Shown here: in pieces, positions 1 to 15,244 of the stretch
Layout: each line of letters starts with the position of its first letter
Position numbering within the stretch: the stretch's first letter is position 1
Assembly (NCBI GenBank): GCA_964016885.1
Contig: OZ024750.1
Span: 46,376,001-46,440,000 of the forward strand
Source: Eledone cirrhosa
Lineage: Eukaryota
Reading direction: 5' to 3'
Length of the DNA: 64,000 nucleotides
Made by a program: the position numbers and the translations under genes
The notes under the pieces: model-generated
Told to the model about the DNA's origin: nothing
The model's database searches: none
What the model saw: the letters and a program-made list of their open reading frames with translations, nothing else

Positions 1-12
1 TCCTTCGTTATA

Positions 13-62
<50 letters not shown>

Positions 63-1019
63 TAGATATATATATATTTATATATATATATACAGCGGTA
101 TTCCATACAATTCTCTGACTACCAAACTTTATGCAGAAGGCGGCGTTATAGTAGAAGAAACTTCTCAATTTCTCACCCCATGGAACTGGATTCGAAACCA
201 CATTGTTAGGACTGGAAATCCCTGTGTATGATTATAATATATATATATAAGCTGTTTTACACAACTCTATTTAAAAAGAAACCATCATTTTTAGTTTTAA
301 TGTGCCAATTATGATACAAACTGATACTTTAGTTAACATATTGGTTTCCGGGTGGTGGGATGTACAAAGATATACAAATGTGAAAATTAAATATCCGTTA
401 TTCTATGAAGCCATTGATGAACAAGTTTTTTTTTAATGTATATATTCTTTAACGGTTTTCTAGCGTTCAATTAAGATATGTCAAGAGAAATTTGGTAAAA
501 TATCTGTTTTTGATAAAAACTTTAGACAGCTTATTTAAGTAATCATTTGATATCATGACTTTACTGAGAAAACACACAGAAATGAAGAATTATCCAAATC
601 TTGAAACAATTTTAATATAATTTGTTTTCAGTCAATATAATTTGTTTGTATGCAATATAATTTGTTTTCAAACAGTATTAACACCGTTAATTCCCTTGTT
701 TTCCAATTTCTATATTGTGTCTATATAAGAGTTCTGACGTATCTATTATTCTAGTATGGAAAAATATGACGTGTCAATGCTATGTAGTTTGGTAGTAATG
801 ATCTTACTACTACTATTAATTGATTTTGCTCCAGCTCTTCTTCTCCTCCATCTCCCTCTCCTCCTCATATTCTTCCTCCTCACCCCACTTCCTCATCTTC
901 CTCCTCCTCCTCCTTCTTCTTCTTCAATGTCGATTAACTTTGGCAGAATGTAAATTGTGTTGAACGAATATTACAAAATGAATCCAACTCTGGTTGATGA
1001 TGACATAGGAAGAGAAGTT

Positions 1020-2790
1020 ACACACACTCACACACACATACACACACCACAAACACACACACACTCACACACACACACACCCACACACACACACACACAC
1101 ACTCACACACATACACCACAAACACACACTCAACACACACTCAACACACACTCAACACACACACACAAACCACATACACACCCACCCACACACACACCCA
1201 CACACCACAAACAAACACACACACACAAACCGCAAACACACACACACACAAACACCACAAACACACACACATAAACACACCACAAACACACACACACTCA
1301 CCCACACACCCACACACCACACACACACACCGCAAACATACAAACACAAACCACAAACACACACGCACACACACCCACACATACATTCGACACAACACCA
1401 CTACCATCAACCTAAACCCACCAACAACAACACAACGCCGCCACTACCAATCCAACACCACCAACACCAACAACACAACACCACCAACAACAACAACATA
1501 ACACAACACCGCCACTAACAACACAACACCACCACAAATAACAACAACGATATCATCAACAATGACAACCACGACAACAACAACAACAACAACAGTGACA
1601 TCACCAAAACCAACAACATCATAAACATCACCAAAACCAACGACATCATAAACAACAACAACAACACAAACAACAACAACATACATCATCAACAACAACA
1701 GCAGCAATGTCAAAGCTATAAACCACAAGCAAAATCAAAATGGCAGGACACTATCTCTAGAATTCTAGAAATGTCGTCTGCTGCTTTCATGCCATTCATT
1801 ACGGAAATAATTTGTTGTTTCTCTGATCTGAAGATACCTTCAAAAGAATGAATGGTCGTGATACTAATATTGATGGTGGCGGCGGCGGCGGTGGTGGTGG
1901 TGGTGGTGGTGGTGGTGGTGCAGTTGGTGGTGATGGTGGCGATGGTGATGGTGGTGTTGTTGGTGGTGCGGTTGGTGGTGATGGTGGTGGTGGTGGTAAT
2001 GATGGTGTTGTTGGTGGTAGTGGTGGTAGTGGTGGTGTTGCTGTTGGTAGTGTTGTTGGTGTTGGTGGTGGTAATGGTGGTGTTGTTGGTGGTAGTGGTG
2101 GTAGTGGTGGTGTTGCTGTTGGTAGTGTTGTTGGTGTTGGTGGTGGTAATGGTGGTGTTGTTGGTGGTAGTGGTGGTAGTGGTGGTGTTGTTGTTGGTAG
2201 TGTTGGTGGTGTTGGTGTTGGTGATGATGGTGTTGGTGGTGGTGTTGGTGATAATGGTAGAGGTGGTGGTGGTGGTGGTGGTGGTGGTAGTGGCGGTGGA
2301 AAAGGTTGTTGTGGTGGTAGTGGTGGTGTTGTTGTTGTTGTTGGTAATGTTGGTGTTGGTGGTGATGGTGGTGGTGGTGTTGGTGGTGGTGTTGGTGATA
2401 GTGGTGGTGGTGGTGGTAGTGGCGGTGGAAGAGGTGGCTGTGGTGGTGATGGTGGTAGTAGTGGTGGTAGTGGAAGAGGTGGTTGTGTTGGTGATGGTGG
2501 TGGTGGTAGAGGGTGATGGGGGTAATGGTGTTAGTGGTGGTGGTGGTGGTGGTAGAGGGTGATAGGGGTAATGGTGTTAGTGGTGGTGGTGGTGGTGGTA
2601 GTGATGGTAATGGCGGGGGTTGTGGTGGTGAAAATGATGAGTAGGATGATGATGTTCAGGATGATGGTACTGGTGGTGGAGGTGTTGACGATGATGATGA
2701 TGATGATGGTGGTGTTGGAGGTATTGGTGTTGGTGGTAGTGGTGCTGGTACTGGTGGTGGAGGTGTTGACCATCATCACCATAACAGCAG
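1020..2790. repeat. Compound (CA)n, (CAA)n and (GGT/GAT)n microsatellite fields
   Basis: Direct inspection. Confidence 0.95.
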
Positions 2791-3051
2791 TGGTAATAGT
2801 TATAATTGTTATTTTTTCTTATTTACCTCCCCTGCATCCTCTTGCTGCTTCTTTTCAGCCCACATGCTTTACAGCATTGAGTTACGGCCCTTTACGTTCT
2901 GATTTCAAATCCAGCCGGAGCTAGTTTTGCCTGTTACGGAATCCATAAAATAATCTACCAGTAATACACTGTGGTTGAATTAATCGACTTACCCCTCCCG
3001 CAAATTACTGGCTATACTAGACATCATTATTATTAAGAGGCCGTGAATTAA

Positions 3052-3432
3052 GGGCGGTGAATTGGCAGTATCGATAGAGGGTTGGACGCCATGCTTTCTA
3101 GCATAGTTACGGCCCTTTACAGTCTGAGTTCAAATCCCGCCGAGGTTAACTCTGCCTTTCATACTTACGGGGTCGATAAAATAAAGTACCTGTAATACAC
3201 TGGGTAATTGCTGGCATTGTGCCAAAAGTAGAAACAATTTGAGGGCGGTGGATTGGAAGTATCGGTAGAGGGTCGGACGCCATGCTTTGACGCATAGCGT
3301 TACGGCCCTTGCCATTCTGAATTCAAATCCTGCCGAGGTTAACTTTGCCTTTCATCCTTACGGGGTCGATAAAATAATGTACCAGTAATGTACTGAGTAA
3401 TTTGCTGGCCTTGTGCCAAAAGTGGAAACAAT
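3052..3432 (+). mobile_element. Two tandem tRNA-derived SINEs (Deu/Nin-like central domain; octopod family)
   Basis: A-box-like TGGCAGTATCGG, B-box GAGTTCAAATCC, core GCCTTTCATCCTTACGGGGTCGATAAAATAAAGTACCAG, tail GTAGAAACAATT. Other copies at ~5392, 6335, 6538, 9200, 12455, 19523, 35090, 35427, 35975, 36190, 52985, 55617, 62187, 62500. Confidence 0.85.
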
Positions 3433-3489
3433 TATTATTACTAGCAGAAAAACCACGCTTCGGGTGGTTTTCTGCTAGCATGCTAGCAC

Positions 3490-4779
3490 GTAAAGATATA
3501 GAAAGAGAGAGATAGGGGGAGAGAGAGAGGAGGTAAAGAGAGAGGTAAAGATATTGAAAGAGAGAGATAGGGAGATAGGGAGAGAGCTAAAGACAGAGTG
3601 AGAGAGAGAGGTAAAGATATAGAAAGAGAGAGATAGGAAGAGAGAGAGGTAAAAACAGAGAGAATGAGAGGTAAAGACAGAGAGATAGGTAAAGACAGAG
3701 AGAGAGAGATAGGGAGAGAGTGAGGTAAAGACAGAGAGAGAGAGATATAGGGACAGACAGAGAGAGAGAGAGAGGTAAATATATAGAAAGAGAGAGATAG
3801 GGAGAGAGAGAGGTAAATACAGAGAGATAGAGGTAAAGATATAGAAAGAGAGAGATAGGGAGAGAGAGAGGTAAAGACAGAGAGAGAGAGAGAGGTAAAG
3901 TTATAGAAAGAGAGAGGTAGGGAGAGAGAGAGGTAAAAACAGAGAGAAAGAGAGGTAAAGAGAGAGAGGTAAAGACAGAGAGAGAAAGAGGTAAAGACAG
4001 AGAGAGAGATATATAGGGACAGACAGAGAGAGAGAGAGGTAAATATATAGAAAGAGAGAGATAGGGAGAGAGAGAGGGGTAAATACAGAGAGAGAGAGAG
4101 AGGTAAAGAGAGAGAGAGGTAAAGACAGAGAGAGAGATATATAGGGACAGACAGAGAGAGAGAGAGGTAAAGATATAGAAAGAGAGAGATAGGTGGAGAG
4201 AGAGGTAAAATCAGAGAGAGAGAGAGAGAGGTAAAGATATAGAAAGAGAGAGATAGGGAGAGAGAGAGGTAAAGACAGAGAGAGAGATAGAGGTAAAGTT
4301 ATAGAAAGAGAGAGGTAGGGAGAGAGAGAAGTAAAAACAGAGAGAAAGAGAGGAAAAGACAGAGAGGGAAAGAGGTAAAGACAGAGAGAGAGATATATAG
4401 GGACAGACAGAGAGAGAGAGAGAGGTAAATATATAGAAAGAGAGAGATAGGGAGAGAGAGAGGTAAAAACAGAGAGAGAGAGGTAAAGATATAGAAAGAG
4501 AGCGATAGAGAGAGAGAGAAGTAAAGACAGAGAGAGGTAAATATATAGAAAGAGAGAGATAGGGAGAGAGAGGGAGAGGTAAATACAGAGAGAGAGAGAG
4601 AGGTAAAGAGAGAGAGAGGTAAAGACAGAGAGAGAGATATATAGGGACAGACAGAGAGAGAGAGGTAAAGATATAGAAAGAGAGAGATAGGTGGAGTGAG
4701 AGGTAAAATCAGAAAGAGAGAGAGAGGTAAAGATATAGAAAGAGAGATGGGGAGAGAGAGAGGTAAAGATAGATAGATA

Positions 4780-4817
<38 letters not shown>

Positions 4818-4820
4818 TGA
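3490..4820. repeat. Polypurine (AG)n/GGTAAA minisatellite with higher-order repeats
   Basis: Recurrent gagaggtaaagacagagag and gatatagaaagagagagataggg units. Confidence 0.95.
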
Positions 4821-7800
4821 ATAATTTATTAGATGCCATTACATTTTTAAGTGGAGTCAAATAAATTGTGGTAAAATAAATAAATATGGAGAATTAAACT
4901 AATAAAATAAATATATAAAATATTGGAAGAAATAAAATTAATTTAAATAATAATAATAATATTAAAATAAATAAATAAAATAGTTGATCTGTTTGAAATC
5001 CAATAATCGTAAAATTTCATAGCAATCGGCTGAGAAATATCATCTTATCATCACCATCATCATCATCATCATCACCATCACCATCACCATCATCACCATC
5101 ACCATCATCATCACCATCACCATCATCACCACCATCACCATCACCATCATCATCACCATCACCATCATCACCACCATCACCATCACCATCATCATCACCA
5201 TCATCATCATCACCACCACCCCACCACCATCATCGCCATCATCATCACCATCACCACCATCACCATCACCACCACCACCACCCCATCATCACCATCACCA
5301 TCATCATCACCATCACGATCATCACCACCCCACCACCGTCATCACCATCACCATCACCATCACAATCATCATCGTCATCATCATTATTATCGGTGGAGGG
5401 TCGGATGCCATGCTTTGCAGCATGGAGTTACAGCCCTTTACGGTCCCAGTTCAGATCCCGCCGAGGTTAACTTTGCCTTTCATCCTTACGGGGTCGATAA
5501 AATAAAGTACCAGTAATGCACTGGGGTAATTGCTGGCCTTGTGCCAAAAGTGGAAACAATTATTATGTTCATCATCATCATCATCTTCAGTAGCAGCAGT
5601 AGCAGCAACAGTTCACCATGGTCAACAATAGCACCAGTATTCATGTTTAATAAACCCGTCTGCTGTCATTGGTGTAGTTGTAGTAGTAATTATCTAACCC
5701 CAGATCAGTCCTGATTGATTTAACCTATGATCACCGATAAAGCTTTAACCATCACATATTTCTATATATCAAGCTCCCAGATGGGTGAACTTTTTCTCAT
5801 TCAAAGGGGATAAATCTCTAATACAGGAGGCCACATGCTGCGACACGTCCTCCGTTGACACTTCAACGCTTCTGGCGCCGCAAACCGTAACTTGGCGGAC
5901 AGGAAGATGACAGAATACCTGTGTTTTATCAATTACTTCCCTGTTGTTCCGTTTATTTCGTGAATTTTGCTGTCCTTAATAATTGAACTGCCGTTTTACT
6001 TCGCAAAACCGGGGGAAGGGGGAGTGCATCCTACATACCTGATGAAAGTGGAATAACTAATGTAGCGGGTGTCTCTGGCTATTCTTTCAATACTTCCGCC
6101 ATCTTGTCCGTGAGATGCAACTGAGATATACCTCCTAGGTAAGATGTAGAGATTTGCTCGGCCTTTCTTGTTTTTACTGGTAAGTTTTTCTTTCTCACCC
6201 CTTTCTTCTCTTTGTATTCTCTCGTCCTTGTATATTTCAGCAAGACGCTGTACTTCATATTGTTGTACTCCACTCGGTTGCCAAGAAATTAGTTTCATCT
6301 GTAAATTCAAACAGCCATCCTTGTCACATATGGCACAAGGCCAACAATTTTGGCAAGTCGAATAAATCGACCCAAGTGCATTACTGGTATTTTATTTTAT
6401 AGACCCCGTAGGAATGAAAGACAAAGCTAACTTCGATAGGATTTGAACAGAGAACGTAAAGCACCGTAACGATATGCCGCAAGGCATTTTGTTAGACGCT
6501 CTAGCGATATTGCCAATCCGCCATCCTTGTTATATATAATTGTTTCTACGTTTGGCAGAAGGCCAGCAATTATCCAGTGCATTACTGGTACTTTATTTTA
6601 TCGACCCCGTAAGGATGAAAGGCAAAGTTAACCTCGGCGGGATTTGAACTCAGATCATAAAGGGATGTAGCTATGCTGGAAAGCATGGCGTCCGACCCTC
6701 TACCGATACTGCCAACCCACCACCATCCTTGTTATATATAATATCACTCTGATTCTCCTTTAGAATTACGTTAAATGTACAGGTGCTACGGGAGTGCTCA
6801 GCCACTTTCCCGTCCTTTCACGAACAGTCTTTTCCGTTAGTCAAACAATTGGAACACTCGTCGACGGATGTCCAGCGCCACATATTGTTTTTTAGTAAAA
6901 TAACTGTTACCCGCAGTCTTTTACTCATAGATACCATGCTGCTGTTATTGTTCCATCTTTGGTTTGGGCTACGTTAGGTTTTGCGGGTCCATACATACAA
7001 GTATAATCTTCGCCTCATTTCCTTTCACACTCCTTATCTTCGTATCAAGAAAAAAGTGGTAATTATTTGCTAATTACAAATTGCTTTCTAGTTTACAAGT
7101 AAACAAATCCATCCAAATTAATTATTAGAGAATAAATGTTTTTCTAATCCTTAACTTCATTTTTAGGGAATATAACATTTAAATAAATATTTACATTTAC
7201 ACTACATATGCGTTAAGTTGACAGATAGATTAAAGGCATCATAAACATAGAATACCTCACAATATCCAATCTCTCTCCACACAGCGTTTAAATTCTACCA
7301 AAGTCAATTATTATCTATCATCCCTTCGAGGTTGATACGTAAAGAAATTAGCAATCGTCAAACCTGGAGAGAGATGGACTCCATCTGATTTAAATGAGTA
7401 AAACATAATATATGTTATTGAGGACGCCCTTACAACAACGACAGCAACGACCACTACATAGTAGTAGAGAAAAAGACCAATACACTGAATTGTTTACCAT
7501 GACTAATTTAAATGTATCTGATTTATATATATACAGATATACATGTGTGTGTGTGTGATTGTTCGTGTGGCTGGATAAGGGAGAGAGAAAAAGTGAGAGA
7601 GAGGGCGATGTGGTGAGTCAAGAGTTAGTCTCGTCACGAAAAGCATGCTGAAGTATGTGTATATAATTTCACTGTGTGTATATATATATAAACCAACACA
7701 TGGAGAAATAGTTTATACAAAAATGTTGATATCAAATTAACATTCTAACAATGTTTGGTAAGTTTGGTATATTTTACATTACAAGAACTGATAGCGTGAA

Positions 7801-8719
7801 ACAACTTTGAAACTGGAGACTTCACTACTTTAACCCTTTTGATACCAACCCCCTAATACTGACTGGTTCTATAATATACAATTGTTTATTTTAAACCATT
7901 TACAATTATCTGTAAACCTTCTATAGTTATTTTATGTAAGAAACTTTGTTAAACTATGTTCTATATCACAACTTTGCGATGATAAAGTCGTTCTAAATTC
8001 CTGATTATTTTCAAAATTAAATGAAAATCCTTGTCAGCTTATTACATTAGAAATATGATTACGAATGGGTTATTCTACAATTAAACGATTGTGCTGAGGG
8101 TATTTACCCACAGACTAACATGCTGTACATTAGCTATGGTAGTGTCTTACATGTGAAATGTACACTTGGTTGTAAAAGTACAATTAACCAAAGTTATCTC
8201 TACATGCCGTGTTTGACTACTAAAAGCAACATACAAGGGAGACAAATGCAATATAAACAATGATTCGATCTTTTGTCAACTAGTTACATGGATAATCTCA
8301 CTTAATGACAATTTCAACTCATTAAAATACATAAACATATTTGCATTTAGTAAGTAGAAGTGGGAAAGTCGATTAAATTGAACCGGAAATGATGAAAGGT
8401 AAAGTTGGCTTCGAGAGAATTAGAAACCAGAAATACAATCAAATTATTTTTCCGATCAACTTTCTTTATTCTTAATAATTCTTCCTAATACTGTCACAAG
8501 TCCATCAATTATTGAGGGAAGCGAATATCAATTATGTCGGTCCCAGTAGTTAACTAGTAATTTCTTATATCGACATTCGGAAAGATGATAGCTAAGAATT
8601 TGAACTCAAAAAGAAATAGCTCTAAATATATATTGCGTGGATTTGTCGGATGCTCTAACGATTTTGACAAACTAAGATAATTTCTATTGTTAAAAAGCAA
8701 CAATAATTACATCTAACTA

Positions 8720-9049
8720 CCTTTTTTTTTTTTTTTCATTTTTATTACTTTATTTTGATGGAAGTTAATATTAGAGAAAAGCAATGAAGAATGACATGAT
8801 GCTGAATGAAAACAAAAGCAATTTATACAAACACACACACACACACAGACCACAACTAAATATAGAATGATACGCGATCCCACCCACCCCCCCATCCAGC
8901 CCCGGCGGTCAGAATAGAGAAGGCGTTTCCCCGGAGGACAGCGAGGGAGACGCACTGGAAGAGCCACTCCAACTCGCGGGGCTCACACCTTTTCTCTAAT
9001 ATTATCTTCCATCAAAATAAAGTAATAAAAATGAAAAAAAAAAAAAAGG
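8720..9049. mobile_element. MITE with ~62-bp TIRs and TA target duplication (Tc1/mariner-like)
   Basis: TA|CCT(14)CATTTTTATTAC...GAGAAAAG mirrors CTTTTCTC...ATGA(14)GG|TA. Confidence 0.7.
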
Positions 9050-9414
9050 TAACTAGAAATTTAAAAAAATAATAATTACATTTAACAGTACCGAAATTAA
9101 GGTAATGGTTTAGTCAATTAAATTCTCCTCAGTAGACAGGTGGTACTTTTTTGTCGGGCGTTTTAACGATTCTGCCAATGATTCTCCCCTTTATAAATAA
9201 TTGCTTTTACTTTCGGTACAAGGACAGTCATTTTAAGGAACGGGGAAATTCGATTACCTCGAACCAGTGCATAACTGGTACGTTATATTACCGACCCTCT
9301 AAAGAAGAAATGTAAAGCTAACCTCGGCGGAATTTGATCTCAGAACGTAGCGTACCGTAACTATATACGGCAATAACAACTATGACTCAAATCAATGAAA
9401 TTATTTATACATAC

Positions 9415-9753
9415 CTTAACTTTACAAACATGAAAGTCTAAATTTGTATCAGAGCAGGAAGATAAATAAGTTTTTGCATAACGTGTGCCAGTCCATACAA
9501 GACAGTTTCTTGATCTCATTCTTATTCCATTGTCACAGGTTCTAGAACAGCCAGACCACCAGCTCCAACTTGACCAAACAGATGGATGTTTATGCGTGTC
9601 CGTATATGAAAAATAGTGATATTCATTACGTTTATTCTCGTGGTTCGTTGCTGCTTTATTCAAGTCTCGAGACGAATGGTCTACTCGACCTCCATATAGG
9701 CTATTTGTTCGACCCTCTCTTTTGCTGTTGTATGCATACGACTCACCTTCCGT
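9415..9753 (-). CDS. Internal exon of a secreted ADAMTS-like/THSD4/papilin-type protein: linker + thrombospondin type-1 repeat
   Basis: Acceptor tatatttcag|ACG at 9753 and donor AAG|gtatgt at 9415. The 339 nt are open in phase 0/0. Translation TEGESYAY...WSSWSWWSGCSRTCDNGIRMRSRNC...SSC...FHVCKVK matches the TSR consensus WxxWxxWSxCSRTCxxGxxxRxRxC. Confidence 0.85.
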
Positions 9754-10856
9754 CTGAAATATATTATAAACATATACAAAAAGTTATAACACAGCCATAG
9801 TAAACATATCACATTTTGACTAAGAAAATAGTATCACGTAAAAAATAATCGAAGTTTAAATGTTCCAACCAAGTTAAATAGTTTTATAGTGAGATTAAAA
9901 TTGTAAATGGATATAGAATTACAAGAACAAGGAGACAGAATAAACTCTTTTATCTCGGAAAACAAGTTTAAACTGGAATAAAATATTTTCAGTGAAACTC
10001 TTTTTTTTTTATCCCCTCTTAAATAAATTATCCCTAAATGGAATGTGGCAATTATTCTAAGTTCTTTTTTTTTTTCCTGTGACTTTTTCCTGTCTGGATT
10101 CATTAAAATTGGGATGTAATCGGCGACCAAGCCCCTATTTTTATGCAGCCATTTTGATTCAACATTTCAACAGTTTGAGTGATATGTTGTAAAAATCAAA
10201 ACGAATTATGAACCATTCAGTTGGTAGATGAAACATGATCGACCCAACCCATGTTATAAATGTCACAACAACGGAGATGAAAGTTTAAAATGTGTGTTAC
10301 ATTCTTTTGCTCTCTGTGTATCTGTTGAATGTTTCTAAGGCATGGCACTAGGCTTGAACATAAATCAAAGAGAGTTTATAACACAACGTAATTAATCTCG
10401 TTTTTAAAGCATTCGTTCCACGAGTAATTAAAATCAGAATGAGGTTTATAGCAAAACTCAATACCTCGTTAATAATGGAATGAATATTGAAGAAGAAGAA
10501 GAAGAAGAAGAAGAAGGAGGAGAAGGAGTAAGAGGAGAAGAAGAAGAAGAAGGAGTGTTGTGCAATAAAAGTTGTACAGAGATTCAACTGAATGTAATAT
10601 GAAGGCATGAGATGGATGGTATGGATGGCTGGTGTAGTAAAATAATTTATTTGTCAAAGAATTATGTCCGCCACACAAGAAAAACATGTAACAACATGGA
10701 GGCAGGGGTCGACATAGGAATTGGTAAAAAGTGGTAGTAGTAGTAGTAGTGGTAGTAGTGGTAGTAGTGGTGGTGGTGGTAGTGGTGGTGGTGTTTGTGC
10801 TGGTGGTAGTGATGGTGGTGGTTGTGCTGGTGGTAGTGGTGGTGCTGGTGGTGGTT

Positions 10857-10898
<42 letters not shown>

Positions 10899-11014
10899 AT
10901 TATTTATTAATATATATGCTAACCTGGGATTGAACAAACCAAACCCATTTTCCGAAAATTTACAGGAGAACAACACAGTTTTTAACCACAACTTCTTTCA
11001 AACAGTGCATAAAT

Positions 11015-11215
11015 CTACTGATAAATGCTTGATCGAAGACTTGTCTTCAATCAGTTCAATTTATTTTGATCCCATATCACAAAACTACTGATAAATGCTT
11101 GATCGAAGACTTGTCATCAATCCGTTCAATTTATTTTGATCCCATATCACAAAACTACTGATAATTGCTTGATCGAAGACTTGTCTTCAATCTGTTCAAT
11201 TTATTTTGACCCCAT
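11015..11215. repeat. 70-bp tandem repeat, ~2.9 copies
   Basis: CTACTGATAA starts at 11015, 11085 and 11155. Confidence 0.92.
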
Positions 11216-12009
11216 GTATGAGGCTCTCTCCCTGCATTTATATATATAGAGATTTGGTATAGTCATTAGGGTGTTGCATATTTATCCTTTGTCTCAATGG
11301 GATCGATAAAGAAAGGAACAGTCACAACCTAAATGTTTCACTTGATAAAATATGGGAATGATGAGACGGTGGCTGTGTCTGTTGACACATGTATGGACAT
11401 CTAAGACTGAAAGCATGAACTTTAGTTATATATATATACAAATGGAAGTTCAGTAGTATCCAAGCTCTGGCTGCAGCCATGCTAACGAATGCAATCGGAA
11501 TGTGCAGCTAAGCACACAATAAGGTATTTTATCTTAGAGTTTAGACAGCTTGACAAATTGAAGATTGCGACCGCTAAGCCAGCCGCAAGGACCAAAGCAA
11601 CGAGAAAACCAACTCAAGATAATTTGTCAAACCTGGACCATCCCGTCGATATTATGCAATATCTCCGGTAGGTTTCTGTGAAACTGAAATCAACAAATCC
11701 ACTTGCGGGGTATGCAAGTTATTGGTATTGGATGATCGAACAGAGGATTCACTTTCTCAACAGGTTTCCGTTCAATGCCGCGTTCGGGTGTGAATTATAG
11801 CAGTAAGACTGCTGGCGGTCACTTGGTTTTCCCAAAGGGAGGTAACCTCCGGTTTTGGCGGTCGAAATTCAAATTTTGAACAAAGGAATAAATTCCTTTC
11901 CTCAAACCGAATAAAGCTCTTGACCAGCCGTTATTAAACAAACATAAATAATTAACCAATCAATAGAATTGTCTAATTAAATTAATTAATTAATCATTAA
12001 GTCTAGGAG

Positions 12010-12096
<87 letters not shown>

Positions 12097-12210
12097 GAAA
12101 GTATAGAAATTATTGTGAGCGTGAAGCCAATAGTATTTCATAATATATAAGTGACTATAACGTTAAAATGGAAAATAATTAACGTGAGATGTGGGAAAAT
12201 AATTCAAACT

Positions 12211-12266
<56 letters not shown>

Positions 12267-12886
12267 GTCGAACCAATTCACTACTGGATGTACGTGTGCA
12301 TGGCCACCGGCATATCATAGTGATTGCATCACTGCACCAATGATTGTGTAAGAATCTGACGAAGTCACATGAATAACCATGTAACAGAAATATATATAAT
12401 GCTATAAACAATTATGGTGATTTAATCTCGACTTAACTACCAATATTTTATTGGTGAATTGGCAGTATCGGTGGAGGGTCATACGCCATGTTTTCCAGCA
12501 TAGTTATGTCCCTTTACAGTCTGAGTTCAAATCCCGTCGAGGTTAACTTTGTCTTTCAACCTTACAGGATCAATAAAATAAAGTACCGGTAATGTACTCG
12601 GTAATTGGTGGCCTTGTGCCAAATGTAGAAACAGTTATTTTATATATATATGTGTGTGCGTGCGTGTGTTAGTGTGTGTGTGCGTGTTGTGTGTGTACAT
12701 AAAGAACTGGCGAAACAACGTGCCTGATATTTAACAAATGGTATAGAACTAGATCCGAACTAAAAAACGCATGGTAGTGCATAAAAATTGTGCCGCAAAG
12801 GGTGACCTTTGGAAAACATGCGTCTCTACTGTCACCTGTGTCGTAAACTATGCAGATCTACAGCTGTTCTCCAAAGTCATCTAAGA

Positions 12887-13733
12887 CAGGTATGTCAAAC
12901 TGGGTGCCACCCGAGGTCCACATGGGTCACATATGTGTTGTCAGAGGGCCACACACATTTCAACTAATTCCGCAAATTTCAACTAATATTTATTTTATTT
13001 TATACAAGCAGTGGAAACCGACGCTGCACGGGATAAGGCATTTTAGAACGCGGGCCACCAACAGACCTAATCGTGGAAAAACTGCATGTCTGGACAATAT
13101 ATAAAGAAAATAAACCGAATACTCTGATGGCTGGATAATCTTTAAGATTTTCCTCGATGAAGCAGGAAAAATGCAGGCTTTCACCTAATGCTGGACCTAT
13201 GGGATCAAGAAAATGGATGTTTTTTTTTATGTGCACAATATACCTTGAAATTTCTGGTAACGTAACGCCTCAAAAAAGCCCTAAAAATCTGAATAAATTA
13301 AGTTTTTCACCTAATGTAGGCCCTAGGCCAGAAAAAAGTTGGATTTTCTTTGCTGACGGTATGAAGAAGCGATTGACTAAATCATAGTTACAATTTAAAG
13401 GAAATCGGTCTGCTGTAACGCCTCAAAAAGAAACCCTAAAAAGCTGAAAAAACGCAGTCTTTCATCTAATGCGGGCACTAGGGAATCAAACAGTTGAATT
13501 TATGGGCAGAACGCTCCCTGAAACATAAGTAATACACATGTAAAGTTTGAAAAAATATCGGTTGGGTACTTCTCGAGTTTTAGGGATTCAAACTCACAGA
13601 CACACACACAGACAGACATCCTCAATTTTATTTATATATATATTACGCTCGCCTGTAAAAACCTTTGTGCTAGTCGCAGGTTTGCTTCTAAAGTGCCACA
13701 TGCGGCCTGCGTGCCGTATGTTTAATGTGCCTG
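12887..13733. mobile_element. Degenerate hAT-type MITE with internal Helitron-like fragment
   Basis: Ends CAGGTATGTCAAAC / GTTTAATGTGCCTG with GCGGCC-type subterminal motifs. Internal cagacagacatcc..tttatatata resembles a Helitron 5' end on the - strand. Confidence 0.5.
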
Positions 13734-13795
13734 ATATATAGATTAATTAACGAGGATGGAATGACAATGAAGAATCAACAAGAGACGGCAATCGT

Positions 13796-13856
<61 letters not shown>

Positions 13857-13900
13857 AGGAGAGAGAATGGGAGATGTGCGTATGTGAATATGTGAATATG

Positions 13901-13940
<40 letters not shown>

Positions 13941-14264
13941 GATTGGTGTATAGTATATTTGGTGCTATTTCAGAGCACCAATCCCAATTTTTAAATTTTG
14001 CTGGACCGGCAATCTCTCATTATAATCAGTTCCGGATTATTACTGGAATTCTATAAGAATCCAGCCTCTATAATTTTCGGCAAACGTGAAACAGGAGCTG
14101 TCAGCTTCTCTCCCTTCTTTTGCCGAAAATGAAGTAAGTTACATAGTCACTACATTAAAAATGATACCGCAAGGTCTTCAAAATGTTTTGAATTAAACAT
14201 ACGGTATATTGCATTATACATTATATATATATATATATATATACACAAACAGAGAGAACGTGAT

Positions 14265-14975
<711 letters not shown>

Positions 14976-15244
14976 CTCAATCAAGCATAGAATCCCATTT
15001 GTATGACAATCTCTCGACGCTAGTTTGTTAATTGCAATGATATTTATTTTTTCTAAACAGATTTTGTTTCCGATGTTGGTCTTTAGGCTAAATATAAATA
15101 AGTGACATTAAATATGCCTAAGGTAGAGTAAGACAAACAGAAAACTACAGTTTGCACAAACAATAGAAGAACAATTAAAGAACGGATGTACAATGTCTGT
15201 ATTTCGATGCCAATCAAACAGTGAATGTGTTCCACTTACATTTA

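Noticed and set aside
1848-2924. Gly/Val-rich ORFs
   Set aside because: They arise from GGT/GAT microsatellite.
3441-3479. Hairpin CTAGCAGAAAAACCAC...GTGGTTTTCTGCTAG as terminator or ncRNA
   Set aside because: It is more simply a Helitron-type 3' end or a small local inversion, with no other support.
3901-4860. 319-aa Ser/Leu ORF
   Set aside because: It is a translation of the AG-rich minisatellite.
5780-6330. Possible further exon or transposase fragment
   Set aside because: The sequence is complex, but I found no recognisable motif or convincing splice pair.
7830-8073. piggyBac-like MITE (TTAA CCCTTT...ATGGG TTAT)
   Set aside because: The TIR match is too short and the right TSD is imperfect.
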